A stretch of 64,000 bases of DNA from Nitrospirota bacterium (GCA_020851375.1 JADZCV010000022.1:10814-74813), one strand, 5' to 3'; counted from the stretch's first letter, positions 1-9,453 are shown. Numbers and translations are program-made. Notes: generated from the sequence alone by a model not told the origin.

Positions 1-1
1 T

Positions 2-751
2 ATCCTGGAATACTTAGCCTACGGGCCTTATGATCCAAAATCTAAGAAGCTGAGGCAATACATTGATTCAAAATCAAAATTCAATCTGATTCTTAATTTT
101 CATAAAGATAATTATATTGACGACATTTATAGGTCCATACACGTATTTTCTCTTTTCGGTGGAATAGGTTCACGAAGCAGAAACGGATTTGGGAGTTTTT
201 TTATTAGTAAAATAGAAGGTGGTGGGCGTGAATCTAACACCATAAGTTCTTCTACAAGCCAATATTCCACTGATTTTTTGAAGAAACTAATTCATGATAG
301 TGAAAAAGACGTTTCATATCCTTCTTTTTCTCATGAAACGAAAATCTTTCGCGCCAAACAACCAAAAGATACCTGGGACGAGGCATTGGCAGATGTGGGC
401 AAAACATATAGAGGTATAAGGGTTGGGGATAAGAAACTAAATGGTTTAGTGTTTGAAAGTAAACACAGTTATAATAAAAGAGAATTTCTAGGGGCTCCGC
501 TTGATCCATACAATGAGAATTTCCACTCCTTACTCGAACGAAGGGCAAAGCCATATTTTATTAAGATAGCTAAGGAGGGCAATCAATTCCGGTCATATAT
601 TCTTTACTTGCCATCCCTGTATTGTGAAGGGTTAGAAAATGACAGAAAAAGCAAAAGGATTAACAATCATCCTGATCTAAACAGAGAGTTTGCAAAAGTT
701 TGCAACGAGTTTAACAAATTTATTGGTGAACATATGGAAATAATTTTATAG
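2..751 (+). CDS. cmr1: Type III-B RAMP protein Cmr1, C-terminal part (gene begins left of the window)
   Basis: Frame 2 is open from nt 2 to TAG 749-751; track ORF 278..751 is only its tail. It has the glycine-rich RAMP loop FGGIGSRSRNGFGSF and lies directly upstream of cas10 in canonical cmr1-6 order. Confidence 0.6.
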   Translation: MLEYLAYGPYDPKSKKLRQYIDSKSKFNLILNFHKDNYIDDIYRSIHVFSLFGGIGSRSRNGFGSFFISKIEGGGRESNTISSSTSQYSTDFLKKLIHDSEKDVSYPSFSHETKIFRAKQPKDTWDEALADVGKTYRGIRVGDKKLNGLVFESKHSYNKREFLGAPLDPYNENFHSLLERRAKPYFIKIAKEGNQFRSYILYLPSLYCEGLENDRKSKRINNHPDLNREFAKVCNEFNKFIGEHMEIIL

Positions 752-773
752 ATCATGAAGGAGAGTGATATTA

Positions 774-3617
774 ATGAACAATGTTCTTCTGATCAGAAAA
801 ATCCAGGCACTTCTTCATGACCCTCCTGAGAAGCCCATAATTCTCGGTAGAATAGGCCATGAAGGCAGGGCTAAAGAGATAATGAGAGAGCTTATAGGCG
901 ATGCGGCCGCGATTCCCGAAGATATTAAAACTGCCGATCATATTGCCTCAGCTGCCGACCGTATCAATCTGCCGAGAGATGAGCGATTTATATCTGATTT
1001 TCTCAGGAACCCTGAGATAATTCACTCCCTGTCAGGAAAAGGGTTTAATCTTGGCAGTCTGGCGCAAATAAACATAGATCACATAACTGATGATGTGGAC
1101 AGGGCAGTGGGAGAGCTTGCTGATAAATACAGGGGGGACTCAGAGAAGATTTATTTATCCCTGTGGAGAAGCCTCGTTGATATGTTGATTGAAGATGGTC
1201 AATCAAATTTAGGTCAACTCTGGGAGCTTCTTCCGGCAGATACGAGGATCCCTGATCATTCTATATGGGAGCATAAACGCGTCACATCAGCAATTGCCGG
1301 GGCATTGCCTAAACCTGCATTCCTCTTATTTGCTATTGGGCCTGTTCAGGAGTTCATTGCGACCGCACGAAAGACTCAAGACCTGTGGGCCGGCAGTTAT
1401 CTTCTGTCGTATCTTTCCTGGAGCGCGATGAAGGTGGTCGCAGAGGAATTTGGCCCAGACTGCCTTATATTCCCTGATCTCCACAGACAGCCATTTGTTG
1501 ATAAGTGGCTTATTGAAAAAGGCCTTGAAATTGATGCACTGGGAAATGAACTGCTGTCTTCCCCCACTCTTCCGAATCGTTTCCTGGCGGTCATTCCGGC
1601 AGAGTCAGTGAAGGATATTGCTGAGAAGGCAAAGAAACATGTACAGGAGACCTTTGCTTCTGCGTGTCGTGCGGTAAAAGAAAAGATGTCAGAGAAATGC
1701 GGCATACACCCATCGGCTGAATGGGATGAAATATGGCAGAGACAGACGGATGATTTTATAGAGACCTACTGGTCTGCGACTGTCATTGATGAAGTAGAAG
1801 ATATTGATGGCTTTATCGCTGAATATAAACGGTTGATGGGAACCTCAAGTGAATGGCCGTTTGATAACCTGCTCAGGGCTTACGAGAGGGGTTTTAAGCC
1901 CAATATAGGCACTGTGTATGCTCAGATTTACAGGCTTACTGAAAAAACGCTTGGCAGCAGAAAAGCCATCAGGGATTTTAAACAACAGGACGAGCCGAAT
2001 CACAAATGCACGTTGTGTGGCTTAAGGGAGCCTGTGCATCCCGGGATGTTTAACAATCAGACTTGCAGGGAAGAATTCGGGGCGTTAACAGGGTTCTGGC
2101 GGGAAAACGTGATGCCAGCTTTCCCGCAGATCAGGCGAACTGAGAGGTTATGCGGTATTTGTGTAACGAAACGGCTTGCGGCATCGTCTTTTTTCAGAGA
2201 GCAGATGGGACTTGATATCTCCAACTCATTCCCATCCGTCAGCATGGTAGCAACAGCTTCATTTAAAGAAAAGGTTATAAAAAATATTTCTCATCCGGAA
2301 ATCAATACAAGAGCAAACGAATTTATTTTCATTTTAAACACCTTATTTGAAGGTAAGAAGGAACGTATGAACGGCGAACCACTTCCGATGGTGCGACGCA
2401 TGTGCAATAATCCTGGAACAGTTGCGTTGGAAAATAAAGATATCGCTCATAAGTTTGCGTCTATAGAGGGCGATTGGCTCTACGAAGATTCTTTCAGAGA
2501 GTCGCTTAAAGATGATATCCCTAATTACTCAGAAGAACTGTGCAATGCAGCTCAAGCAGCGCTAAAAAAACTCCTTCAGGCGGCAAAGAAAATTGATATT
2601 GATCAACCATCAAAATATTATGCAGTGTTTCTCATGGACGGCGACAACATGGGCAAGTGGCTGTCAGGAGAGAATGCCCCAACGATTGGGGAAATTATGC
2701 ATCCCATTGTCAGAGACGGCCTTGAACCCAAAGAGTGGGATACTCTTCTTACGATGAAACGGCCTCTCAACCCCTCCCTTCACCTTGCCACCAGCAAGGC
2801 ACTGAGAGACTTCTCCCTTCATGTTGCAAGGGAGATTGTAGAAAAAGATCATCTCGGTAAACTGGTCTATGCCGGCGGAGATGATGTTCTGGCGTTTGTG
2901 AATCTCAAGGATTTACCAGAGGTAATGAGAAAGTTGCGGGCCTGTTTTTCAGGGAGTTTGATCGTGAATGAAGAAACCAGCAAGGTTGATATTGATTTTA
3001 AAGAAGGGCGGGGATTTATTCCTGTTGATGGGGAGGGTGTGCCGCTTAACATTGAGAATAATAAAAATAAAATTAACGGCTTCAGACTCTCAATGGGGAC
3101 AAAGGCAACGGCAAGCATGGGGGTTGTAATTGCTCATCATAATTCCAACCTTGCAAAAGTGCTTGATGATGTAAGACGTTGTGAAAAGGAAGCTAAGAAC
3201 TTGAAAGACAAAAACGCTTTTTGTATCTCCCTTGCCAAACGCTCAGGCGGCACAGAATCTGTCAGTGCAAAGTGGTATTATGATTCCGAAAAAGAGGGGA
3301 TTTTTGAGCCAATTCCTCTCCTCAGGGAATGGGCGGATGCTTTTTATAATGATCACATGTCACCAAAGATGGTCTACACCTTTAGAACAGAGACGACGGG
3401 ATTGGAAGGGAAAGATTTGCCTCGTGGGGCTGTTAGGCATGAACTCCTTCGTATAGCCGACAGACAGCGGATTAAAAAAAACAAAGGCTTCAATAAAGAG
3501 ACAATGGAGAAAATGGTTGTACGAATCATAAAGTTTCACGAATCAGGGCTTAGCCTGGAGAAGGTTAGCGTATTTCTTTCTGTAGCTGCATTTCTCGGAC
3601 GGGAGGGGAACAGGTGA
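774..3617 (+). CDS. cas10: Cas10/Cmr2, type III large subunit
   Basis: 947 aa from ATG 774, with AAGGAG 8 nt upstream (track ORF starts at GTG 765). N-terminal LLHDPPEKP and ADHIASAADR are HD-like, CTLCG...CGICVTKR is a zinc finger, and YAGGDDVLAF is the Palm/cyclase motif. Confidence 0.93.
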   Translation: MNNVLLIRKIQALLHDPPEKPIILGRIGHEGRAKEIMRELIGDAAAIPEDIKTADHIASAADRINLPRDERFISDFLRNPEIIHSLSGKGFNLGSLAQINIDHITDDVDRAVGELADKYRGDSEKIYLSLWRSLVDMLIEDGQSNLGQLWELLPADTRIPDHSIWEHKRVTSAIAGALPKPAFLLFAIGPVQEFIATARKTQDLWAGSYLLSYLSWSAMKVVAEEFGPDCLIFPDLHRQPFVDKWLIEKGLEIDALGNELLSSPTLPNRFLAVIPAESVKDIAEKAKKHVQETFASACRAVKEKMSEKCGIHPSAEWDEIWQRQTDDFIETYWSATVIDEVEDIDGFIAEYKRLMGTSSEWPFDNLLRAYERGFKPNIGTVYAQIYRLTEKTLGSRKAIRDFKQQDEPNHKCTLCGLREPVHPGMFNNQTCREEFGALTGFWRENVMPAFPQIRRTERLCGICVTKRLAASSFFREQMGLDISNSFPSVSMVATASFKEKVIKNISHPEINTRANEFIFILNTLFEGKKERMNGEPLPMVRRMCNNPGTVALENKDIAHKFASIEGDWLYEDSFRESLKDDIPNYSEELCNAAQAALKKLLQAAKKIDIDQPSKYYAVFLMDGDNMGKWLSGENAPTIGEIMHPIVRDGLEPKEWDTLLTMKRPLNPSLHLATSKALRDFSLHVAREIVEKDHLGKLVYAGGDDVLAFVNLKDLPEVMRKLRACFSGSLIVNEETSKVDIDFKEGRGFIPVDGEGVPLNIENNKNKINGFRLSMGTKATASMGVVIAHHNSNLAKVLDDVRRCEKEAKNLKDKNAFCISLAKRSGGTESVSAKWYYDSEKEGIFEPIPLLREWADAFYNDHMSPKMVYTFRTETTGLEGKDLPRGAVRHELLRIADRQRIKKNKGFNKETMEKMVVRIIKFHESGLSLEKVSVFLSVAAFLGREGNR

Positions 3618-4744
3618 AGTTATTCATAGAGCCGAATGATGTCCTCATGTTCAGGGATGGAAGGCCGTTTGCGGGTGGAGATGACCATTTTGCTCGTGGA
3701 GTATTCCCCCCATCGCCGGCCACGTTCTATGGGGCATTCCGCTCCCATATCCTGAGCCATAACTGGCCTGAGTTTAACAGGTTTAAGTCTGAGCCGGAAC
3801 AAATCCCGGAGAATGTGCGGACTGAAATAGGAACACCAAATGAATTAGGTATACTTTATATATGTCAGTTTACGCTAGCGAAAAGAAACGCCAGTGGCAT
3901 TAAACAGTTCTTCCCCATGCCAAAAGATGTTGTGAAGGAGAAGGGCAGGGAGGAAAGTAAATTGAACCTGTTAATGCCTAAGGACTTATCAGGGAGTAAA
4001 ACGTTGACAGATATGCCGTATGGATTGAATAATATGTGGCTTCCTGTAGAGACCCCGAGGGAAGCTGTTTCAGGATATTTGTCGTCAGAAGATATGAGTA
4101 AATATCTGTTTGGGGAACCGCCCTTCAAATGTATAAATCAGGATGAGTTATTTAAGAATGAAGAACGAACAGGTATCCAAAAAAGCAGAATGACACGAAG
4201 TGTTGAAACAGGACGGCTTTACAGTGTTGAGTATTTCAGGTTGAATGAGGATGTTGGTTTTGCGATTGACTTTGGGAATGCATCTCTGATTCCGTCTAAC
4301 GGTATTCTTCGGCTTGGGGGCGACAACCGTTCAGCCCGATATTTAGTAACATCATGGGATGAGCTTTCTACAGACCGCATAAGGAAGAAGATTGCCGACA
4401 CCAAACGTTTCAAGCTGGTGTTAACTACTCCCGCCATATTTAATAAAGGCTGGTTGCCTGGCTGGATAAATGGTGATACCAGGCAAGGTCAGATTGAAGG
4501 TGCCATTGTGAAGTTGGTCACCGCATGTGTTGGAAAACCAATAGGCATCGGTGGTTATGATTTTGCTAACAATAGGTCAAAGGTGATGAAGAAGGCCGCA
4601 CCAGCCGGCAGCGTGTATTATTTTGAATTTGTTAATGGCAGTGTTGATGCTCTCTTCGAAAAGATGTGGCTTAAATCAATAAGCGATGAACGGGCAAAGG
4701 AAGGATTTGGGATAACATTGATAGGAGGTTTTGACTATGTTTAA
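3614..4744 (+). CDS. cmr3: Cmr3 (Cas5-family RAMP)
   Basis: N-terminus MKLFIEPNDVLMFRDGRPF and C-terminal GFGITLIGG are typical of Cmr3. It has a 4-nt overlap with cas10. Confidence 0.85.
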   Translation: MKLFIEPNDVLMFRDGRPFAGGDDHFARGVFPPSPATFYGAFRSHILSHNWPEFNRFKSEPEQIPENVRTEIGTPNELGILYICQFTLAKRNASGIKQFFPMPKDVVKEKGREESKLNLLMPKDLSGSKTLTDMPYGLNNMWLPVETPREAVSGYLSSEDMSKYLFGEPPFKCINQDELFKNEERTGIQKSRMTRSVETGRLYSVEYFRLNEDVGFAIDFGNASLIPSNGILRLGGDNRSARYLVTSWDELSTDRIRKKIADTKRFKLVLTTPAIFNKGWLPGWINGDTRQGQIEGAIVKLVTACVGKPIGIGGYDFANNRSKVMKKAAPAGSVYYFEFVNGSVDALFEKMWLKSISDERAKEGFGITLIGGFDYV

Positions 4745-5654
4745 AGAGGCAAAGGTGATGTTTATTTATACGGAAACGTCGCTCCATTGTGGAAGCGGTA
4801 CAAGTCTCGGCGTCATTGACCTGCCGATACAACGGGAGAAATATACGGATTACCCTGTCTGCCAGGCATCAGGAATAAAGGGTGTGGTTAGGGAATGGTT
4901 TGATAATAAGTATGGCGAAAGGGACTCCAAAATCAAATATACCTTTGGCCCGGACTTCGGCAGAGGGGACAGTGAGGCACATGCAGGAGCTGCTACCTTT
5001 ACTGACGGACGTCTTCTGTTATTTCCTGTCCGTTCCCTGAACAGTGTCTTTGCCTATACTACATCTGTCTTTGCATTAAGCAGGCTCAGGAGAGATTTAG
5101 AAATGGCAGGGGAAAGTGTTGGGTGGAAAGTTCCGGCAGAGTCTGACAAGATATTGGGTGTTTCGGAGAGCAAGGTTAAGACAGGGGACAACAAAGTGGT
5201 GCTTGAGGAATACACCTTTGATTTTCAGCTGGATGAAGGTGTTAAAGCAATAGCTGAATGGATTGCATCCAATGCCATCCCGCAAGGAGATGAGTATAAC
5301 TTCTGGCGTCAAAAGGTAAAGACAGATTTAATAATACTGCCGGAAGATGCATTCGGGGACTTTGTAAAACTTTCAACTGAGGTTCAGGCAAGGATAAGGA
5401 TTAACAATGATACAAAGACCGTGGACAAAGGCGCATTATTTTATGAAGAGGCATTGCCGTGTGATTCACTGCTTTACTCTGTGGTAATGGCGCATGATCC
5501 TGCTTGTGATAATGCAAAAAGGCCGACTGACCTTCAGGACTCGACGGATGTAATGAAATTTGTAAGCGAAATAAAAAGCAAACGCCTGCAATTTGGTGGA
5601 GATGCTACAATCGGCAAGGGCATCGTGAATGTCAATTTCCTGAATGGGAGGTAA
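4737..5654 (+). CDS. cmr4: Cmr4 (Cas7-family backbone/target RNase subunit)
   Basis: ETSLHCGSG...GVIDLPIQRE and the C-terminal GGDATIGKGIV glycine loop. AGGAGG lies 7 nt upstream of ATG 4737. Confidence 0.9.
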   Translation: MFKEAKVMFIYTETSLHCGSGTSLGVIDLPIQREKYTDYPVCQASGIKGVVREWFDNKYGERDSKIKYTFGPDFGRGDSEAHAGAATFTDGRLLLFPVRSLNSVFAYTTSVFALSRLRRDLEMAGESVGWKVPAESDKILGVSESKVKTGDNKVVLEEYTFDFQLDEGVKAIAEWIASNAIPQGDEYNFWRQKVKTDLIILPEDAFGDFVKLSTEVQARIRINNDTKTVDKGALFYEEALPCDSLLYSVVMAHDPACDNAKRPTDLQDSTDVMKFVSEIKSKRLQFGGDATIGKGIVNVNFLNGR

Positions 5655-5659
5655 TAGCT

Positions 5660-6052
5660 ATGATAAAGTCAAAAGAACAAGAAAGGGCAAAGAAGGCATG
5701 GGAATTGGCGAATTCAGTTTCTGTCGGCATAATAGATAAATATTCATCATTAGCCAAAAGCGCACCGGTTATGATACTTACAAATGGGCTGGGGCAGACA
5801 CTTGCTTTTTTCATCTCAAAATCCAACGGCAAAAATGAATACACTCTCCTTTATCGACATATTAACGAATGGCTTGATGATAACATCTCGTGGACGCCAA
5901 ATAATGAAATTGGTAATGATTTGATTGAAAAAGTGATTAATGAAAAATCTCAGATTTATAGAATGGTTACAGAAGAGACATTAGCTTTTCTCTCATGGAT
6001 TAAGAGATTTGCAACAGCCTTAACGCCTGATACAAAGGAGGCAGCAGAATGA
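5660..6052 (+). CDS. cmr5: Cmr5 (Cas11 small subunit)
   Basis: 130-aa helical protein with the SAPVMILTNGLGQTLAF motif, positioned between cmr4 and cmr6. Confidence 0.8.
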   Translation: MIKSKEQERAKKAWELANSVSVGIIDKYSSLAKSAPVMILTNGLGQTLAFFISKSNGKNEYTLLYRHINEWLDDNISWTPNNEIGNDLIEKVINEKSQIYRMVTEETLAFLSWIKRFATALTPDTKEAAE

Positions 6053-7107
6053 AGCTTCCACTACCTGGGGATACACGGTCAGTGTTTAAAGATAATAATG
6101 TTCTTTTCAAGACAAGCAATCTCGGTTTGTTGTTCAATAAGTATGTTAACTCATGGCAAAACGGTTGGCAGATGACGGAGGAGGATTCTAAGAAATTCCG
6201 TCAGTCTGTGTCGGATATTAAATTTTCGAAGGAATATATTGAAAATGTGTTAAAGCGCCAGCAGATGATGATTAATAACTTAAAAGATTCCGGCTGGCAT
6301 GTTGAATTCTTCACAGCAAAAACCGACAGCCGTCTTATCATTGGCCTTGGCGGCACAAGTGTGATTGAAACAGGAATGACACTACACCCGTTATACGGCT
6401 TTCCATATTTGCCCGGCAGCGGACTGAAGGGACTGGCAAGGGGATATGCTGAAATAGGAGTTGAGTCTAAGCCGTCAGCCGATGAATTGAGGGAAGTGTT
6501 TGGTTCTGAAAAGAAAGACGCTCCTGCTGTCAACAACATACAGGGAAAAGTATTCTTCATGGACGGATTACCAGCAACCTTTCCAAAACTTGATCTTGAT
6601 ATTATGAACCCGCACTATGGCGAATATTATCGGGGAGGAAAACCCCCGGCAGATTATCTGAACCCTGTACCTGTAACATTTCTAACTGTTGCATCTGAGC
6701 AGCCCTTTTTATTTGCCGTATTTTCAAGGGATAAAGCCCTTTCAGAAAAAGCAAAACAATGGCTCACCGGCGGTCTGACCGATCTCGGGGCTGGTGGTAA
6801 GACAAATGTAGGTTACGGTTATTTTAAGATAGACGTCACATTGCAAACACAGTCTCAGCCAGGTATAGCAAAGGTAACCAAAGCCTCTCCAATGGATGCC
6901 TTATTGGAAAGGGTTAAACAGTGTCGTCAACCAGGCGATAAGCACATTCTTCAAAAGGTATTTGATGATGCATGGAAGATAGAAGGTTTAGACAGGAAAG
7001 AATTATTAGGACAGATAAGACTACAACTCCCTGATACGATGAAGAAAAACGATAAAATAATATCGTTTCTGAAGGAAAAAGAAAAAGAGTCAGGAATAAC
7101 TAATTAA
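6049..7107 (+). CDS. cmr6: Cmr6 (Cas7-family RAMP) with a ~90-aa C-terminal tail
   Basis: GLGGTSVIETGMTLHPLYGFPYLPGSGLKGLARG and the G-rich loop GAGGKTNVGYGYF. About 90 further residues follow that loop. Confidence 0.88.
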   Translation: MKLPLPGDTRSVFKDNNVLFKTSNLGLLFNKYVNSWQNGWQMTEEDSKKFRQSVSDIKFSKEYIENVLKRQQMMINNLKDSGWHVEFFTAKTDSRLIIGLGGTSVIETGMTLHPLYGFPYLPGSGLKGLARGYAEIGVESKPSADELREVFGSEKKDAPAVNNIQGKVFFMDGLPATFPKLDLDIMNPHYGEYYRGGKPPADYLNPVPVTFLTVASEQPFLFAVFSRDKALSEKAKQWLTGGLTDLGAGGKTNVGYGYFKIDVTLQTQSQPGIAKVTKASPMDALLERVKQCRQPGDKHILQKVFDDAWKIEGLDRKELLGQIRLQLPDTMKKNDKIISFLKEKEKESGITN

Positions 7108-7117
7108 TAACCAGTCT

Positions 7118-8248
7118 ATGAAAATACACGTTTGCCTTGTATCAGCTCAGCCCATACCAAATCTTATCCCTCTCAGGATGGATGAGTTGAGCCCTGAGAA
7201 GGTGATTTTGCTTGAAAGCAAGGACGTTAAAGCTCAGGCACAAAGAATAGAACAGGTTATAAAAACCTGGGGAATTAAAGTGGTCAGATGCCCGATAGAA
7301 CCTTATGATCTTGAATCTGCACGTGAGACATGCCTTAACATCCTCGCCGAGATAGATAAGGATGAAGTTACACTCAATGTAACTGGTGGTACAAAGATTA
7401 TGGCATTAGCGGCTTTTGAAGTCTTCAGGGAAATGAAAAGACCAATCATATATGTGGATACCCAGAACAGGAATATACAAACTCTATCTCCTGCACAAAA
7501 GGAGTTAAAATTCAAAGGGGTTATTAAAGTTAAGCCCTATCTTGCAGTTTATGGGCAGGACATTGTGGGAGAAAATACATTTCTTGATATTGTTAAGAAG
7601 CACAGGCCAATGATGCAAAGGCTGATAAAAGATATAGCCATTTTTGAACCTGTCATAAGCGTATGGAACACAGTTTATGCTGTCCCTGCCAGGAATACAA
7701 AAAGATATCCTTTCCATATTGATATAGAAAGCGGACACACGTCCTGGAAAGCCTTTGGAAAACTGACTGATTTATTTGAGACTGGTGGTATTGTACAACT
7801 TGCTGATGGGAAATTGATATTTCCAACCGAAGTGGATACCATGTTTGCCTCCGGAGACTGGCTTTCAGAGTTTGTCTTCGATACCGTATTGAACCTTTCT
7901 GTGACAGATGTCCATATGGAAGTAGATGTCAAATGGGACAGAAAGGGACATGAACCGACAACAAATAACTACGATGTAGTATTTACCTGTAATAATCAAT
8001 TATATCTTATTGAATGTAAGACCAAACACTTTGAGGGTAAAGAGAAGGAAGGTAGTAATACCGATCTAATATATAAATTGGACAGTCTTAAAGAAGCTAC
8101 CGGCGGATTATATGGTAAGGGGATGCTTGTCTCTTACAGAAAACTGACCAACGCTCAGATTTCCCGTCTTGAAGCCAATGGACTTAAATACTGCCATGGA
8201 GTTGGCCTTAAGAATTTAGCAGACAAAATAAAAGAGTGGATAAGGTAA
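7118..8248 (+). CDS. card1: Card1/Can2-type cOA-activated effector (N-terminal CARF, DUF1887-like, plus C-terminal PD-(D/E)xK nuclease)
   Basis: MKIHVCLVSAQPIPNLIPL...LNVTGGTK is a CARF-type Rossmann N-terminus. C-terminal GDWLSEFVFD...YDVVFTCNNQLYLIECKTK fits a D...ExK nuclease core. It lies immediately downstream of cmr6. Confidence 0.8.
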   Translation: MKIHVCLVSAQPIPNLIPLRMDELSPEKVILLESKDVKAQAQRIEQVIKTWGIKVVRCPIEPYDLESARETCLNILAEIDKDEVTLNVTGGTKIMALAAFEVFREMKRPIIYVDTQNRNIQTLSPAQKELKFKGVIKVKPYLAVYGQDIVGENTFLDIVKKHRPMMQRLIKDIAIFEPVISVWNTVYAVPARNTKRYPFHIDIESGHTSWKAFGKLTDLFETGGIVQLADGKLIFPTEVDTMFASGDWLSEFVFDTVLNLSVTDVHMEVDVKWDRKGHEPTTNNYDVVFTCNNQLYLIECKTKHFEGKEKEGSNTDLIYKLDSLKEATGGLYGKGMLVSYRKLTNAQISRLEANGLKYCHGVGLKNLADKIKEWIR

Positions 8249-8598
8249 TAGCTTGTGGGTGTGCTATGCCCATGATAACCACTACTGCTATCCCTATACA
8301 GACGTTAATTGAGATGAAAGATAACTCAAACAGGCCGCAAGATATTGCTGATGTGTTCTATAAACCACTATTTTATTACCGCCCAGCTGGAGTTTTTTTA
8401 CAAGGCGATGCCGAAGAAGGCCAGGGCGATAAGGGAAGGGTTGAAAAGAGGAGAGTTGTGAAATATAAACACCTGAAACTGGATCAGAATAAGATTGATT
8501 TTGCTATGAGATACTTTGGTGTTGACACAGAGCAGAAGGCTGTTGACATGGCGCTTTCTGTGTTAATGGAAGAGGAACAGATTGTGAAAGTCATGTAG
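8236..8598 (+). pseudogene. Composite/degenerate ORF with a nucleotidyltransferase C-terminal fragment followed by a VapB (DUF2191-like) antitoxin segment
   Basis: IPIQTLIEMKDNSNRPQDIADV resembles the C-terminal motif of small nucleotidyltransferases. KHLKLDQNKIDFAMRYFGVDTEQKAVDMALSVLMEEE resembles VapB, with a possible GTG start at 8458. The expected VapB tail (LLKGALKGDD) continues in another frame after the stop. Confidence 0.35.
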
Positions 8599-8645
8599 CT
8601 ATTAAAAGGCGCTCTGAAGGGTGATGATAGAAAATGGCCGTACCT

Positions 8646-8693
8646 ATGACAGAAAAAGTAATTATTGATACGTCATGCAAAAAGGGTATTTGA
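8646..8693 (+). pseudogene. Truncated PIN/VapC remnant (15 codons)
   Basis: MTEKVIIDTSCKKGI then a stop. VIIDTS is the typical PIN N-terminal strand with the first catalytic Asp, and it sits just downstream of the VapB-like segment. Confidence 0.3.
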
Positions 8694-8771
8694 AAGCAGC
8701 ATCAGATATGTCCTTGTCTGAGTTGGCGATTAAGTTGGAGATTAATTGACAATTCAGATAAAGAATCTTCC

Positions 8772-8951
8772 ATGAAACCAATTTCTGATGCAGAGGCGGA
8801 AACAAGAATAAGGGCATGGGCTGATGTGACAATGCTGTCCATTGAGTTAAAGCGGGCTGTTCTAAAGCAGCGAAATCCTGAATGCAGTGAAGATGAAATC
8901 AGGGAACTTCTGCGCAAAGAGCTTTCACGTGCGAAGGATGATTATAAGTGA
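8772..8951 (+). CDS. Small 59-aa hypothetical protein (paralogue of the interrupted ORF at 9454-9705)
   Basis: ATG 8772 to TGA 8949-8951: MKPISDAEAETRIRAWADVTMLSIELKRAVLKQRNPECSEDEIRELL... It is below the track's length cut-off and has a 4-nt overlap with the next ORF. Confidence 0.4.
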   Translation: MKPISDAEAETRIRAWADVTMLSIELKRAVLKQRNPECSEDEIRELLRKELSRAKDDYK

Positions 8952-9148
8952 ATGATAATCCACTCCTGCAATATCTGAGAGAGTTATGCAGTTTTTTAGA
9001 GACCTCCAATATTGAATATATACTCGAAGGATGGAAAATTGAGGCAGTTTGTTCAGGCAAGGGCAGAGAGCAATTCAACACAGAGGTGATTCCTCCTGCT
9101 GATGTAATAAAGTTTGGTGAAATAATTAAATCAAAGTTGAAGTTATAA
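8948..9148 (+). pseudogene. Probable N-terminal fragment of a small nucleotidyltransferase
   Basis: LLQYLRELCSFLETSNIEYILEG resembles the N-terminus of MNT/DUF-type nucleotidyltransferases, but the GG/S...D.D core is missing and the ORF is only 66 aa. Confidence 0.3.
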
Positions 9149-9169
9149 TAGCGTGAGATAATATACATT

Positions 9170-9424
9170 GTGGCTGAACTAATAATCATTGAACTGAGTT
9201 CATTTTATTCTGGGACCGGCACCGCCAAACTCTCCTCCATTCATGCCTATGTCAATAAAGCTCAGGAACTGGCAGGCGAGGGGAACGACGTAGTCCTCAC
9301 CGGCCCGGCTCCGGTCTGGCTCTATCTCAAAATAGCCCATGCCCTTCACGGCAAGGCACGGAAGCTGGTATATCGCTCTCCGGTGACGGGGGATGTTACC
9401 ATATTCGACCACTCGCCTTCTTGA
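9170..9424 (+). CDS. csx3: Csx3-like protein (Crn3 ring-nuclease family), 84 aa
   Basis: DVVLTGPAPVWLYLKIAHALHGKARKLVYRSPVTGDVTIFDHS parallels my recollection of the archaeal Csx3 core (VVISGRGPIWLH..LAH.YHH....VYDPRLG.VVV.SHS). It has a GTG start and lies inside a type III locus. Confidence 0.6.
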   Translation: MAELIIIELSSFYSGTGTAKLSSIHAYVNKAQELAGEGNDVVLTGPAPVWLYLKIAHALHGKARKLVYRSPVTGDVTIFDHSPS

Positions 9425-9453
9425 TTGTAAAGAGACTATTATATATTATATAT

